Made by a program: the position numbers and the translations under genes. From Eledone cirrhosa (taxonomy: Eukaryota), in assembly GCA_964016885.1 (NCBI GenBank), contig OZ024741.1, positions 46,128,001 through 46,192,000 of the forward strand: DNA of 64,000 bases, read 5' to 3'. Positions 43,655 to 56,911 of the stretch are shown piece after piece. The notes under the pieces were generated by a model. That model was not told where the DNA came from. It saw only the letters and a program-made list of their open reading frames with translations, and did not search any database. Within the stretch, counting starts at the first letter, position 1. Each line of letters opens with the position of its first letter.

Positions 43655-43736
43655 ACTCCCTGATGACGCAATGAATTCTCGACGGTTATATTACGTAACT
43701 GTCTTTATCCCATTGCAGAAACTGATTAGTTGGAGT
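43655..43736 (+). ncRNA. Type I hammerhead ribozyme (F1); predicted cleavage after 43731
   Basis: Tandem copy 540 bp downstream of 43115. Confidence 0.8.
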
Positions 43737-43799
43737 GAAAATTTTAGTAAGTAAGTTAATTTTTTAAATCTTTTTTTTAAATTTTCTTATTTTACGTCC

Positions 43800-43871
<72 letters not shown>

Positions 43872-44198
43872 GGTTTGTTGGTTCACCACTGGATAGAACT
43901 GGTCATTCCGTATGGTCAACCTCGATGTAATATTAGGGAGAGCACTCGACGTAATGCAACTCACCCGTCTTTGTTTGTGTTGTTGGTGGTGCGAGTACGG
44001 AGTTAATTATTATAAAATAACAGGAGGCTGGACTGGTGTAATTCCTTAAAAGGTTTAATATACTATGATCATTTCAGTGACCGGGTTCACTTGAGGGCGG
44101 CTGACCAGGCTAGAAGCTGCTAAATGTTCTGCCACCTTCCTGTCTCTGCTTTTCAGCCCTATGTATTTTGTCTTTTATATTCGTTTGTTAAATTTCGA

Positions 44199-44256
44199 AT
44201 ACCTGATGATGTCACCGGATTCATACTTAACCCGGTCACTGAAATGATCATAGTAT
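44199..44256 (+). ncRNA. Type I hammerhead ribozyme (F2), followed by AATAAA
   Basis: AUAC-CUGAUGA-U..ACCGG/CCGGU..U-GAAA-UGAUCA-UA-GUAU; inverted partial copy at 44016-44087. Confidence 0.85.
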
Positions 44257-44296
44257 AATAAACCTTTTAAGGAATTATACCAGTCCAGCCTCCTGT

Positions 44297-44348
<52 letters not shown>

Positions 44349-44417
44349 TATGAAGAGAGAAGAAACATTTAGATACAATTAGTAATAAAATGTATCATAC
44401 CTAAACTGCTCCTAAAT

Positions 44418-44507
44418 TCCTCGACTACGTAGTTTCGTGGCATAAACAAAAACAATATATCATAAAGATATAGAGTCCCTGCGAGGTCTGCCGACTTATC
44501 AAGAGGA
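44418..44507 (-). ncRNA. Type I hammerhead ribozyme, U3-A8 core variant (F3)
   Basis: UCCUC-UUGAUAA-GUCGGCA..UGCCAC-GAAA-CUACGUAG-UC-GAGGA. Confidence 0.8.
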
Positions 44508-45012
44508 TACCTCATTTTACTAGTCTCAAGAACGCGTCTACACGACGTGAGAAAGAATCCCAAAAGGCGGAGGGGGAGATAGTCACGCGATATAACGGTC
44601 GAGAAACTGAGCTAAGCCTCTTATAACCACGAAGAAAATACCACGGAGGCGGAGGGGGTATTCATATCGAGGCCGCAGAAGAGGTGGTGAAGAAGGCTAG
44701 AAGTATGAGTAATGGAAGCTTTCCAGTTGTCCCCACACTTCAAAGATTGCTCGACCAGAGGGAGTTATTAACAATATATTTAGAAACACACAGATACATG
44801 CGGACACACACATATATACATCAATGCATCCGCACCCAACTGTGAGTTAAGGGTGCCAACTTCACCGATGTTGCTCAATGAATGACCGGGACAGACCAAT
44901 TCAGTTGAACTAGACTGAACCAGTATCAGAGTTAAAAATACATTATGAAGAGAGAAGAAACATTTAGATACAATTAGTAATAAAATGTATCATACCTAAA
45001 CTGCTCCTAAAT

Positions 45013-45102
45013 TCCTCGACTACGTAGTTTCGTGGCATAAACAAAAACAATATATCATAAAGATATAGAGTCCCTGCGAGGTCTGCCGACTTATCAAGAG
45101 GA
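45013..45102 (-). ncRNA. Type I hammerhead ribozyme, U3-A8 core variant (F3), tandem copy
   Basis: Identical to 44418-44507. Confidence 0.8.
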
Positions 45103-45191
45103 TACCTCATTTTACTAGTCTCAAGAACGCGTCTACACGACGTGAGAAAGAATCCCAAAAGGCGGAGAGGGAGATAGTCACGCGATATAAC

Positions 45192-45272
<81 letters not shown>

Positions 45273-45333
45273 CGTAAAATAAGAAAAAATTTTTTTTAAA
45301 ATAAAAATTAAAATTAACTTACTTAAATTTTCA

Positions 45334-45413
45334 CTCCAACTAATTAGTTTCTGCAATGGGATAAAGACAGTTACGTAATGAACTGTTGAGAATTTCATTG
45401 CGTCATCAGGGAG
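45334..45413 (-). ncRNA. Type I hammerhead ribozyme (F1b)
   Basis: CUCC-CUGAUGA-CGCAAUG..CAUUGCA-GAAA-CUAAUUAG-UU-GGAG. Confidence 0.8.
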
Positions 45414-46045
45414 GTCATTCTCAGCCGAGTCTCCAGGCAATGCGCGGACACTGGGAACTCATATAAAAATAATAATAATTCGGTAACTGGAACAGCTATC
45501 GAGGACTGGATTCCGGCTACTGAAAATTCTCACTGCCACTGATCATATGGCCGATTTAGTTGGAGTGAAAATTTAAGTAAGTAAGTTAATTTTAAAAAAA
45601 AAATTTTTTTTTTAATTTTCTTATTTTACGTCTTTTATATTATTGTTCTGCATTCTCCTGCATTGAACCACCTAGGTACTATGACATAACCTGTGTATTG
45701 GCTGGCATTAGCGTACATCCGTGCGCTTATGTTAGTAGATATATTAAATTATCTATATTTATCTCCAAATCACTGATTTGTCGAGCAAACCTGCCAAAAC
45801 CACTTCTAAATTTTTTTTTGGGGGGGGGTGTTAGTAGGCGTCTGTCATCTTACCATCCCATTCCTACTGACTAGCCTCTGTGTCACGTGATTGATTCTTT
45901 AGAATCGGCCATATGATCAGTGGCGGTGAGAATTTTCAGTAGCCGGAATCCAGTCCTCGATAGCTGTTCCAGTTACCGAATTATTATTATTTTTATATGA
46001 GTCCCCAGTGTCCGCGCATTGCCTGGAGACTCGGCTGAGAATGAC

Positions 46046-46125
46046 CTCCCTGATGACGCAATGAAATTCTCAACAGTTCATTACGTAACTGTCTTTATCC
46101 CATTGCAGAAACTAATTAGTTGGAG
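46046..46125 (+). ncRNA. Type I hammerhead ribozyme (F1b); predicted cleavage after 46121
   Basis: Same fold as 43115. Confidence 0.8.
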
Positions 46126-46554
46126 TGAAAATTTAAGTAAGTAAGTTAAAATTTTTTAAAAAATTTTTTTAAAAAAATTTTCTCATTTTACGTCTTTTAT
46201 ATTATTGTTCTGCATTCTCCTGCATTGAACCACCTAGGTACTATGACATAACCTGTGTATTTTCTGGCATTAGCGTACATCCGTGCGCTTATGTTAGTAG
46301 ATATATTAAATTATCTATATATATATATATATAAAAAGAAAATTTCGCTCTACATGGCTGAATACAATAAATGTAAACAAATTATGACGTCATATGTTTT
46401 TCTACGTTTATAAATCTTTCTAGCAATTTCCTTTATTTACTTGTTGACATAAATTAAATAATAAAAATTAAATAGTATACCCCACATATATAGATTTTTA
46501 CTAGAAATTATTAATTTTGACATAGACTATTTTTATTTTTATTTTATTTTATAA

Positions 46555-47119
46555 AAATCTTTTTTTTATATTTATTTTATTTTATTTTATTTTATTTTAT
46601 TTTATTTTATTTTATTTTATTTTATTAATAGATTTTTACACTTCTTAACCCAATTTTTAGTATTTAAACCCAATATAAAATAATATACCCAGTTTCTATA
46701 TTTATGCCTCTAATATTTGAATACCGTCTATAATATTTGCACATACACCTCATCAATTTACTTTTTACCCGTTATTTACAGCTGTTTTCATTTTGACAGC
46801 GTTCCTGATCAAAAGTCTCTCTCTCTCTCTCTTCCTTTTTTTCTTCTTTTTTTCCTTTCTTCTCTTTCTTTTTCTTTTTTCTCCTCTTCTTTCCTTTCTT
46901 CTATTTTCCTATCTATTTCTTATTATAGTATTCACACTTATATTTCTGTCATATGTAGACTTAGCACTTTCCTGTAAACAAGTGCTATTAGGCCTCATAT
47001 CATCTTACCTTATTTTATCTGATGAGAACACAATTTTTGTCCCAGGATGACTTTGTATTCGAAATGCGCATTATAAAATATACGGAACTCTTTTAACCAT
47101 CTTTTAATTTCTTCTTTAT
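46555..47119 (+). mobile_element. Hammerhead-containing element family F4, copy 1
   Basis: Homologous to the reverse complement of 51412-51959. Confidence 0.8.
47011..47080 (+). ncRNA. Type I hammerhead ribozyme (F4)
   Basis: UAUUUUAU-CUGAUGA-GAACACAA..UUGUAUUC-GAAA-UGCGCA-UU-AUAAAAUA. Confidence 0.85.
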
Positions 47120-47211
47120 TATATATACTCCAGTTCTACCAACTGTTGAGTACTACTTATCTGATATATGCATAGTTTTATTGTTCTAGAATATTACTCA
47201 CCTCCTACGCA

Positions 47212-47278
<67 letters not shown>

Positions 47279-47311
47279 TGATTTGGTTATCAATATTAAT
47301 ATTATTGGTCA

Positions 47312-47434
47312 CCCACTGAAGAATTATAAGAGCCCAGTTGTATAAGTATCTGTTGATCTTATACAAGCTTCTACATAATTTGGTATAATTTCACCCAACT
47401 TGTAGAAATCTTATAATGAAACGAGTCGTCTGGG
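47312..47434 (+). ncRNA. Type I hammerhead ribozyme with branched stem II (F5)
   Basis: CCCA-CUGAAGA-AUUAUAAG..(two hairpins)..CUUAUAAU-GAAA-CGAGUCG-UC-UGGG. Confidence 0.85.
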
Positions 47435-47605
47435 AAGTGATATATTTGATATATCTCATATGAAATGATACAGCCAATTCTCCACACAATACAATATAGT
47501 TTGCACCCCGAATGTTTAATTAGGAATATACTCAGATATTTCCTAATGTTTGTTGAGTGAGTTGGAATTTGGCCGGAGTATCGCTATTAGCTTTCTCCGT
47601 TTATG

Positions 47606-48370
<765 letters not shown>

Positions 48371-48433
48371 ATATATATATGTGTGTGTGTGTGTATATAT
48401 GTGTGTGTGTATATATGTGTGTGTGTCTGTGTC

Positions 48434-48493
<60 letters not shown>

Positions 48494-49223
48494 CTTAGTA
48501 ATTATAATTACCCATAATTATTGAAGAAATACTTCTATATTGTTTAGATATATTTATTCACCTTCTCTCATTAAATTCAGATAATTTCTATGATTAAAGA
48601 AAAGGAGAAATTAAATATAATGAAAATACACCCTTTGATACTTTAGCATTGGTAGAATCATTTGTAAATTTTTCAGAAACTTTCTTTTATATAACAGTTA
48701 CAGCTTATCTCTTATGGGAAATTAATTCTTTTTCGCTAGCTTAATTATGTTATGAACCGCGAACCTTACCTATTTACTTGTTTCCCAGCATACTATTAAT
48801 TATTTTGCAGGTAATTTGCACGTGTATGTGTGTAAGTATATGTGTGTATGTCTCTATGTGTGTATGTCTCTATGTGTGTATGTGTATGAGTTTGTGTGTA
48901 TGTGTATGCGTGTGTGAAGTGCATGTAATTCGGTCATTGCTCATAGCAAAAGATAGCCAGTAACCCGTCATAATGATGCAGGTTAAATGATATAAGCGAA
49001 TGGATCGAATAAATGCTTTGTTTTTAAATTAACCAAAAGTAAAGGAGTAGTCAATACAATATTTACAGACCCCCATAGACTTGTTATATTGAGGCGGCTG
49101 ATACATAATCTGAACATCATGAACATTTCGGTGAGGTTAGCATAATTCTTGAGCGACGACTAGCAATTCTCAAAAGCCCGATGAAGGTATTTGGAAATAG
49201 TTATTGGCTGCTTTTTGTTTGTC

Positions 49224-49632
49224 AATAATAATCATTTCTACTATAGGCACAAGGCCAGCAATTTGGAGGGAGGGGAAAGTCGATTAAATCGACCACAGTG
49301 TATTACTGGTACTTTATTTTATCGACCCCGTAAGGATGAAAGGGGAAGCTAACTTCGGCCGGGTTTAAACTCAGACCGTAAAGGACTGTAACTCTATGCT
49401 GCAAAGCATGCTGTCCGATGCTCTACCGATACTGCCGATCAATAATAATTGTTTCTACTTTTGGCACAAGGCTATCAATTAACCAGTGCATTACTGGTAC
49501 TTTATTTTATCGACCCCGTAAGAATGAAAGACAAAGTTAACCTCGGCAGGATTTGAACTCAGAATGGCAAGGGCCGTAACTCTATCCGTCAAAGCATGGC
49601 GTCCAACCCTCTACCGATACTGTCAATCCACA
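49224..49632 (-). mobile_element. Two tandem tRNA-derived SINEs
   Basis: Two reverse-complement copies of the SINE core with (AAT)n tails. Confidence 0.8.
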
Positions 49633-51411
49633 ATAATGGAAATGGAGTGGGTGGGAGATTATTGTGCTTCAACAGAGATTGGTTCATGCTGGATACCGGA
49701 GAATTTGGCAGGCGACAGATGAGTATGCTAAACGTAGATTTAAATATCTGAGACATCGATTAATTATGGTCTATCGTTGATGATTGAAAGCAATATGTGA
49801 CTACTCTCAGGTCTCTAAAAAAAACCTCCTCTCCCGCTTATTAGATTTTTCTAATCTATCTCCAGTGAAATTTTATTTCAAGTAGTAGCATTCCTACGAC
49901 AATTAATTTTCTTTATGCATTAACAAACATTATACATGACATAAAAAAGGACATTACTAGAAATCCCATACGTTATAAAATAAATACGGTGAGTTGGGGT
50001 CTCAATATGTAAACTAAATTACTAATTCTGGTTTTTAAAAGCATCAACGGAGGCAACCTAAAGAAATTACCGATTTTACAACCCCACCCCCGCTTATTAC
50101 AACCACCACACCGTATTGTTTGGGATCCAAGAGTATATATGTGAAATTAGATTCCTTTATTCTCGCCTAACAAAAAATGCATAACACCTTTTCACAAATT
50201 CCGTGAAGAGTAAATAAGAAATACTTAAGATTATCAGGAAGGGGTTCACAAAATTCATGATAAACCACCATAGAGAAAGCAAACAAAATATACTTTTAAT
50301 AGTATTATTCAACATAAAAGGATATATACTTTGCCCTGGACCAACTTCGGTTGCAGACTTAATCCATCGTCGGGTGTAACATGACCAACTGGTCATTGGG
50401 TATTGTTAGCAGAATCACACCAGTCTCAGAGTCCCAAAAGAAGAGTCACGTACACTGCCCTCTCCCTGGCTGCATAACAGCGTGTGCGTATTTGAAAAAC
50501 AACTTTAGCGATTTCAGATACAAAATCCAAATTGGCGAAGGGGACAGGATGAGAACTGGATATTAATGATGAAGCCGATAGGGAGATACAGAACGCCTGC
50601 TGAACCGATCAGTGGTGAAGCAATATGGAACTAAATATATAAAACTTTCAAAATATGATGTGATTATGCAATCGACAAACAGAGAGAAAATGATTACAGA
50701 ATAGATATAGCTCAATGGAAAATGAAATGTAGGTAAACAAAACTGGGAACTGAAAAACAATATACACATAAACTAAAGCAAAGCTAACCAAAGAAGCATT
50801 AAACAGCCAAAGAATTAGTGGAGTGGTTGGTGCAGCAGGTGTCGCTGGCCATTTTCCGCGGAAATGCTTTTTGAAGTTTTCTCCATGGGGAACAGCTACA
50901 ACACCACCGCACCATAGGCCCGGAGCCCATCACCCTCTCCTCATCCCACTCCTTTTCTTCTGTGGCCCTTAAGTCATTGCTTTTCCCCACCTTTTCCTTT
51001 CATCTATGACTTTTATAGTCCTTTCCTCTACGTTTCCCTACAGCCAGATCTACCCTTCTTTACACCTTCCCCATTTATATTGTTATTAAAAATAATCAAT
51101 ATGTAATAAATCTCGAAAGTTTCTTATGAAATAAATTGGCAATTGACATTAAGACAAACAGTGACAACATCTTGATAAAATAACATTCATCATAAACAGG
51201 AAAATGAAAGAGAGACAGAGACACACTCACAGAGAAAATATAAAGCTGGCCGAAATACTGAAAGATGACAGTTCTCACTTGTCGAAACAACTGCCCTAAT
51301 ATTTGCCTCGTGGCGAAAATTACCTGGGGTAAAGAAGTAATGTGCTCTATAATCAATATTGAGTATCATGAGCTACTTTTTCAATGACAAACCTGCAATA
51401 TATATATATAT

Positions 51412-51959
51412 ATAAAGAAGAAATTAAAAGATGGTTAAAGAAGTTCCATATATTTTATTATGCGCATTTCGAAAACAACATCATCCTGGGACAAAAATTG
51501 TGTTCTCATCAGATAAAATAGAGTAACATGATATGAGGCCTAAAAACACTTGTCAACAGTAAAGTTCAAGGTCTACATATGACAGAAATATAAGAGTGAG
51601 AAAAAGATAGGAAAATATAAGAAAAGGAAAGAAGAAGTAGAAAAAGGTAAAAGAAAGTGAAGAGAGGAAAAAAGGAAAAAAAGGAAGAAGGGAGAGAGAG
51701 AAAGAGAAAGAGAGAGAGAGAGACTTTTGATCAGGAACGCTGTCAAAATGAAAACAGCTGTAAATAGCGGCTAAAAAGTAAATTGATGAGGTGCATGTGC
51801 GAATATTATAGATGGTATTCAAATATTAGAGGTCTAAAATATAGAAACTGGGTATATTATTTTATATTGGGTTTAAATACTAACACTTGGATTAAGAAGT
51901 GTAAAAATGTTTTAATAAAATAAAATTAAATTAAATTGAAATAAGTATAAAAAAGATTT
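51412..51959 (-). mobile_element. Family F4, copy 2, with hammerhead at 51451-51520 (AUA triplet)
   Basis: UAUUUUAU-CUGAUGA..GAAA-UGCGCA-UA-AUAAAAUA on the minus strand. Confidence 0.8.
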
Positions 51960-52160
51960 GTTCTACATTATATATATATCTTCTAAAACTCAGAAGATCC
52001 CGTTAAGGGTGAAAGCAGCGATTTTTGCTTAAACTTTAATCTGTTATTTTAATAAATATTTGCTCTAGGGTCATTATATATTTGATATATATTTATCCTT
52101 ATCGAGCCCTCTTTGGATTTTAGTCTTCGCATTTACTATTATTACTATATATATATATAT

Positions 52161-52257
<97 letters not shown>

Positions 52258-52299
52258 AGAAAAAAAGAGAATAGGTGTTGCGACGAAAGGAATTTATTG

Positions 52300-52394
52300 G
52301 ACATATTACAATTGTTTCTCGAGTGATCCGCTCGAGGCACGATCGATATGCTGATCAAACCTGACTCTGAAATCGCGCGGTCCTCGGATACGTC
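52300..52394 (-). ncRNA. Hammerhead-like motif, U4C core variant, branched stem II (F7)
   Basis: GACGUAU-CCGAGGA..GAAA-CAAUUG-UA-AUAUGUC then AAUAAA; island between (TA)n runs. Confidence 0.6.
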
Positions 52395-52423
52395 TCGATT
52401 CTACGAAGCAAATTTTCCTATTC

Positions 52424-52514
<91 letters not shown>

Positions 52515-52736
52515 TATATAAGCAGATATTCAAACATAAACACGCAATATATATTTCTATAACCAGAATATGTTCCAATAGATAAAACGGTGCATTCACA
52601 GAAAAACAAAGTATTAATATTATCTTATTTCGACCTATATGTGTGTTTGCAACTGTTCAGGTGTTAAACGCTTTAGGAATTTGTAAGCAAAGCGAAAACA
52701 GCGACATGGATACATTGTATTACAAACGTATATATA

Positions 52737-52831
<95 letters not shown>

Positions 52832-53126
52832 GTATATATATGTGTGTGTACATACATATATATATATATGTGTGTGTATGTACACACACATATATATATA
52901 TGTATATATATATATGCATATATATATATACATACACACATATATAAATATATATATATACAGCATATATATGACTTGAAGCAATGTCTCGTACATGTTT
53001 GAATGAATGCTTAGTAAAAGATCTATTCACATGAGATTATTAAGTGAAGTGTGGAATGTATATAAAGGTAAGATGGAGAGATAGAGAGAGGAAAAACAAT
53101 GTATATGTGTTTAAATTATTTCACTT

Positions 53127-53316
53127 CGGCGGTGGATTGGCAGTATCGGTAGAGAGTCGGACGCCATGCTTTCCAGCATAGTTACGTCCCTTTACGGTCT
53201 GAGTTCAAATCCCGCCGAGGTTTACTTTGCCTTTCATCCTTACGGGGTCGATAAAATAAAGTACCAGTAATGCAATGGGTAATTCCTGGCCTTGTGTCTA
53301 AAGTAGAAAAAATTAT
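53127..53316 (+). mobile_element. tRNA-derived SINE
   Basis: ggcggtggattggcagtatcggtagag...gagttcaaatcccgccgagg...ccttgtgtctaaagtagaaa. Confidence 0.85.
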
Positions 53317-53454
53317 TTCACTTTATATATACAATATAGTCAATAACATGTAAGGAGTACTATAGTAGCATTTAAATGCGCGTCTATCTATATATTTATC
53401 AATATATCTATCACGCTCTCTCCATCTCTTTCATTTTCTCTCTCCCCCTCTCTC

Positions 53455-53550
<96 letters not shown>

Positions 53551-53552
<2 letters not shown>

Positions 53553-53647
53553 AGTTGAAATAAAATGAAAACGAAATTTCATTTCTCACTCTTGGTACGG
53601 CACTTAGTACGGCTAAACTGATACGTGCATATATGTATGTGTACCTG

Positions 53648-53717
<70 letters not shown>

Positions 53718-53949
53718 TGCTACTGTACGTCTGTATACATATATGTATGTACGTATACGGTGGTGATGATAGCTAACAAGCTTGAAACTAGTACATCGTT
53801 CCTGTGTCAGTGTTGAACAAAAAGGTGACGTGGTTGCCTTAACACCGTATGGCATCAATTCAGGCTGTTCAGTTTGTTTACAAACGAACAAAGCGGCGTT
53901 ATAATAAGCGCCCGCTAAACTGATACGTGCATATATGTATGTGTACCTG

Positions 53950-54025
<76 letters not shown>

Positions 54026-54454
54026 TGCTACTGTACGTCTGTATACATATATGTATGTACGTATACATACATACTTACATTTAAGTAAGTGCCGTACTAA
54101 GAGTGAGAAATGAAATTTCGTTTTCATTTTATTTCAACTTATCGTTTTCGGTATGCCTAACCGACTCAACTCACTCGATATGCAAATTAGGCTGCTCATC
54201 CGTTAATTTTCATAAGGAAAGTATATACTTTCGAACGTTCAACTATCTGGCAGAAGGGTATACGGTGCTAATGATAGCTAACAAGCTTGAAACTAGTACA
54301 TCGTTCCTGTGTCAGTGTTGAACAAAAAGGTGACGTGGTTGCCTTAACACCGTATGGCATAAATGCAGGCTGTTCAGTTTGTTTACAAACGAACAAAGCG
54401 GCGTTATAATAAGCGCCCGCTAAACTGATACGTGCATATATGTATGTGTACCTG

Positions 54455-54502
<48 letters not shown>

Positions 54503-54550
54503 TGCTACTGTACGTCTGTATACATATATGTATGTACGTATACATACATA

Positions 54551-54555
<5 letters not shown>
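53551..54555 (+). mobile_element. Family F6 second insertion (505-bp period) with core-mutated hammerheads at 53757-53799 and 54262-54304
   Basis: Cores GUGAUGA and CUAAUGA; inverted arm 53551-53606 matches 54086-54141. Confidence 0.8.
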
Positions 54556-54633
<78 letters not shown>

Positions 54634-54813
54634 AATGTCTTCTAGTAGACTAGAACTGTTTCAGGAAAGCCCTGATCCTGATGATTTCTTCCGAATGATT
54701 TCTTCCGAATGAAACAGTTCTAGTCTGTAGAAGCCATTTCTATATTAAATATTTATACTCTGCTATGCATGAGTACCTTACTTAGTGTGGTTACCCCCGA
54801 TTGAACCCGGGTT

Positions 54814-54916
<103 letters not shown>

Positions 54917-54917
54917 T

Positions 54918-54968
<51 letters not shown>

Positions 54969-55107
54969 TATATATATATATATATAGATATAGATATATA
55001 CATATATATATATATATATATACAGTATATATATTTATATATAGTGGTAGAACACTGGAAGGCAATATCCGTAGTGGTAGAGCACTCAGTCCATGGGACG
55101 AGTTAGG

Positions 55108-55258
55108 TAGAAGTGGTTACACAACAGTTAGTTCACCATACCGAGAACAATTGTTTCACCTTAGTGGATCCTCAGCTCGTAATCTATGAGCTGAGGATCC
55201 GCTAAGGTGAAACAATTGTTCTTGGTATGGTGAACTCACTGTTGTGTAGCCACTTCTA
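55108..55258. mobile_element. 151-bp palindrome carrying two divergent hammerheads (F8): 55142-55179 (-) and 55187-55224 (+)
   Basis: CGAG-CUGAGGA-UCCACUAAGGU-GAAA-CAAUUG-UU-CUCG. Confidence 0.75.
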
Positions 55259-55264
55259 TATTTA

Positions 55265-55310
55265 TATTGATATGCATCTGTATGTATATATATGTTACTA
55301 GATATTAATT

Positions 55311-55408
<98 letters not shown>

Positions 55409-55609
55409 AATTAATATCTAGTAACATATATATACATACAGATGCATATCAATGCTAGCAAATATATAGGTTTTGTCTTAGTAACTTTGTGGTTCAATGC
55501 ATGGGGTTGCAGAACAATAATATGAGAGACGTAAAATAAGAAAATTATAAAATTAACTTACTGAAATTTTAGTAAGTTAATTTTATAATTTTCTTATTTT
55601 ACGTCTCTC

Positions 55610-55615
<6 letters not shown>
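55265..55615. repeat. Fold-back fragments of an F1-related subfamily around (TA)n
   Basis: gtggttcaatgc..gcagaacaataatatga..acgtaaaataagaaaa..aattaacttact shared with F1. Confidence 0.7.
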
Positions 55616-55696
<81 letters not shown>

Positions 55697-55701
<5 letters not shown>

Positions 55702-56911
55702 TTAATACAATAACAGAGATAGTTTAAAGCTAATCTCTGACTGGTAACCATCTCACTCAACAAACATTAGGTTATATTTTAATATAAACCCAATTTAAGT
55801 GTTTGGGGTGCTAACAATATGTATTATGTGGAAAAGCCAGTTGTATTATTTTATGAGATATAATTAAAGTTAAAATATATCTCTCTTTCCAAACAATTGT
55901 TTCATTATAAGTTTTCTACAAATTCGGAGAATATTTCCAGTTTATGTAGAAGCCTAATATACATTCATGTAAGAATATATTTAGGTGGGTGCTTATAAAT
56001 CATCAGTGGAAGCCCATTAAACTTTGATATAAGAAAAACATTTCTTACCACAGTTAAAAATCGTGTCTGTTAAGTTGCTCCTTCCCGCATCGAATGACCG
56101 GCAAACTTGAAATTCCAGCAGTTTTTGACTGAGGAAGTATTATAGCGTCACTAAGCGGGAAGGGGGGACAACTACGATCCACGAAAGGAGGAAAACAAAT
56201 AATATAATATACACGCGGGTTAATTAGTTTTTTCGAAAACATTATCAATCCAACGTGTTAAGAACTCAATTGAAATTAAAAAAATAAATATATGCGTGTA
56301 TAAATTACACACGCATATAGATATTTTCTTAGGCTAAAATCAGAGGTTGTACCTGAATAAGAAACCGCATCTCGTAACCGTAGTAAATACGGAAAGTTAT
56401 GCTTTAAAGGGCAAATGGGAATGTAAATCTCCGGCTGAATTAAGAGTAAAATATAAAACACACGCGGGTTAATTAGTTATTTCAAAACTAATATCAATTC
56501 CTCGTGTAAAGAACTCAATTAATTTTAAAAAATAAATGTATGCATGTAATTATATACATAGGCATATATATATTTTCTTAGGCTAAAAAACAGAGAAGTT
56601 ACAACCAATAAAAACCACAATATCGCACAACAGTAATAAATACGGAAAGTCAAATTTATAAGGTACCCAGAAATAAACACCTCTGGCCAATCAAGAGTAA
56701 AATATTAATACAATAACAGAGATAGTTTAAAGCTAATCTCTGACTGGTAACCATCTCACTCAACAAACATTAGGTTATATTTTAATATAAACCCAATTTA
56801 AGTGTTTGGGGTGCTAACAATATGTATTATGTGGAAAAGCCAGTTGTATTATTTTATGAGATATAATTAAAGTTAAAATATATCTCTCTTTCCAAACAAT
56901 TGTTTCATTAT
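55697..56911 (-). mobile_element. Family F5 tandem element (1003-bp period) with internal ~249-bp duplication
   Basis: 55701 block repeated at 56704; 56211 block repeated at 56460. Confidence 0.8.
55887..56011 (-). ncRNA. Type I hammerhead ribozyme with branched stem II (F5)
   Basis: UUCCA-CUGAUGA-U-UUAUAAG..CUUAUAA-U-GAAA-CAAUUG-UU-UGGAA. Confidence 0.85.

Larger units (their letters stand above)
42380..43803. mobile_element. Hammerhead-containing tandem element family F1 (540-bp monomer), inverted arm plus direct arm, in (TA)n
   Basis: Period 540-541 bp; minus arm 42380-43090, plus arm 43093-43803. Confidence 0.85.
44345..45195 (-). mobile_element. Hammerhead-containing tandem element family F3 (595-bp monomer, ~1.4 copies) in (TA)n
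   Basis: 44346-44598 repeated at 44941-45193. Confidence 0.85.
45267..46318. mobile_element. Family F1 second insertion (diverged subfamily, ~560-bp monomer), inverted plus direct arms
   Basis: Minus arm 45267-45556, plus arm 45557-46318; (TA)n flanks. Confidence 0.85.

Noticed and set aside
42380-46318. CRISPR-like array
   Set aside because: Repeats are long tandem or inverted units without unique spacers, in a eukaryotic context
49174-49210. AGCCCGATGA..GAAATAGTTATTGGCT hammerhead-like string
   Set aside because: Core lacks a base, stem II is poor and it is a single occurrence
53127-53220. tRNA-like sequence with A and B boxes
   Set aside because: SINE head; no complete cloverleaf and it continues into the SINE core
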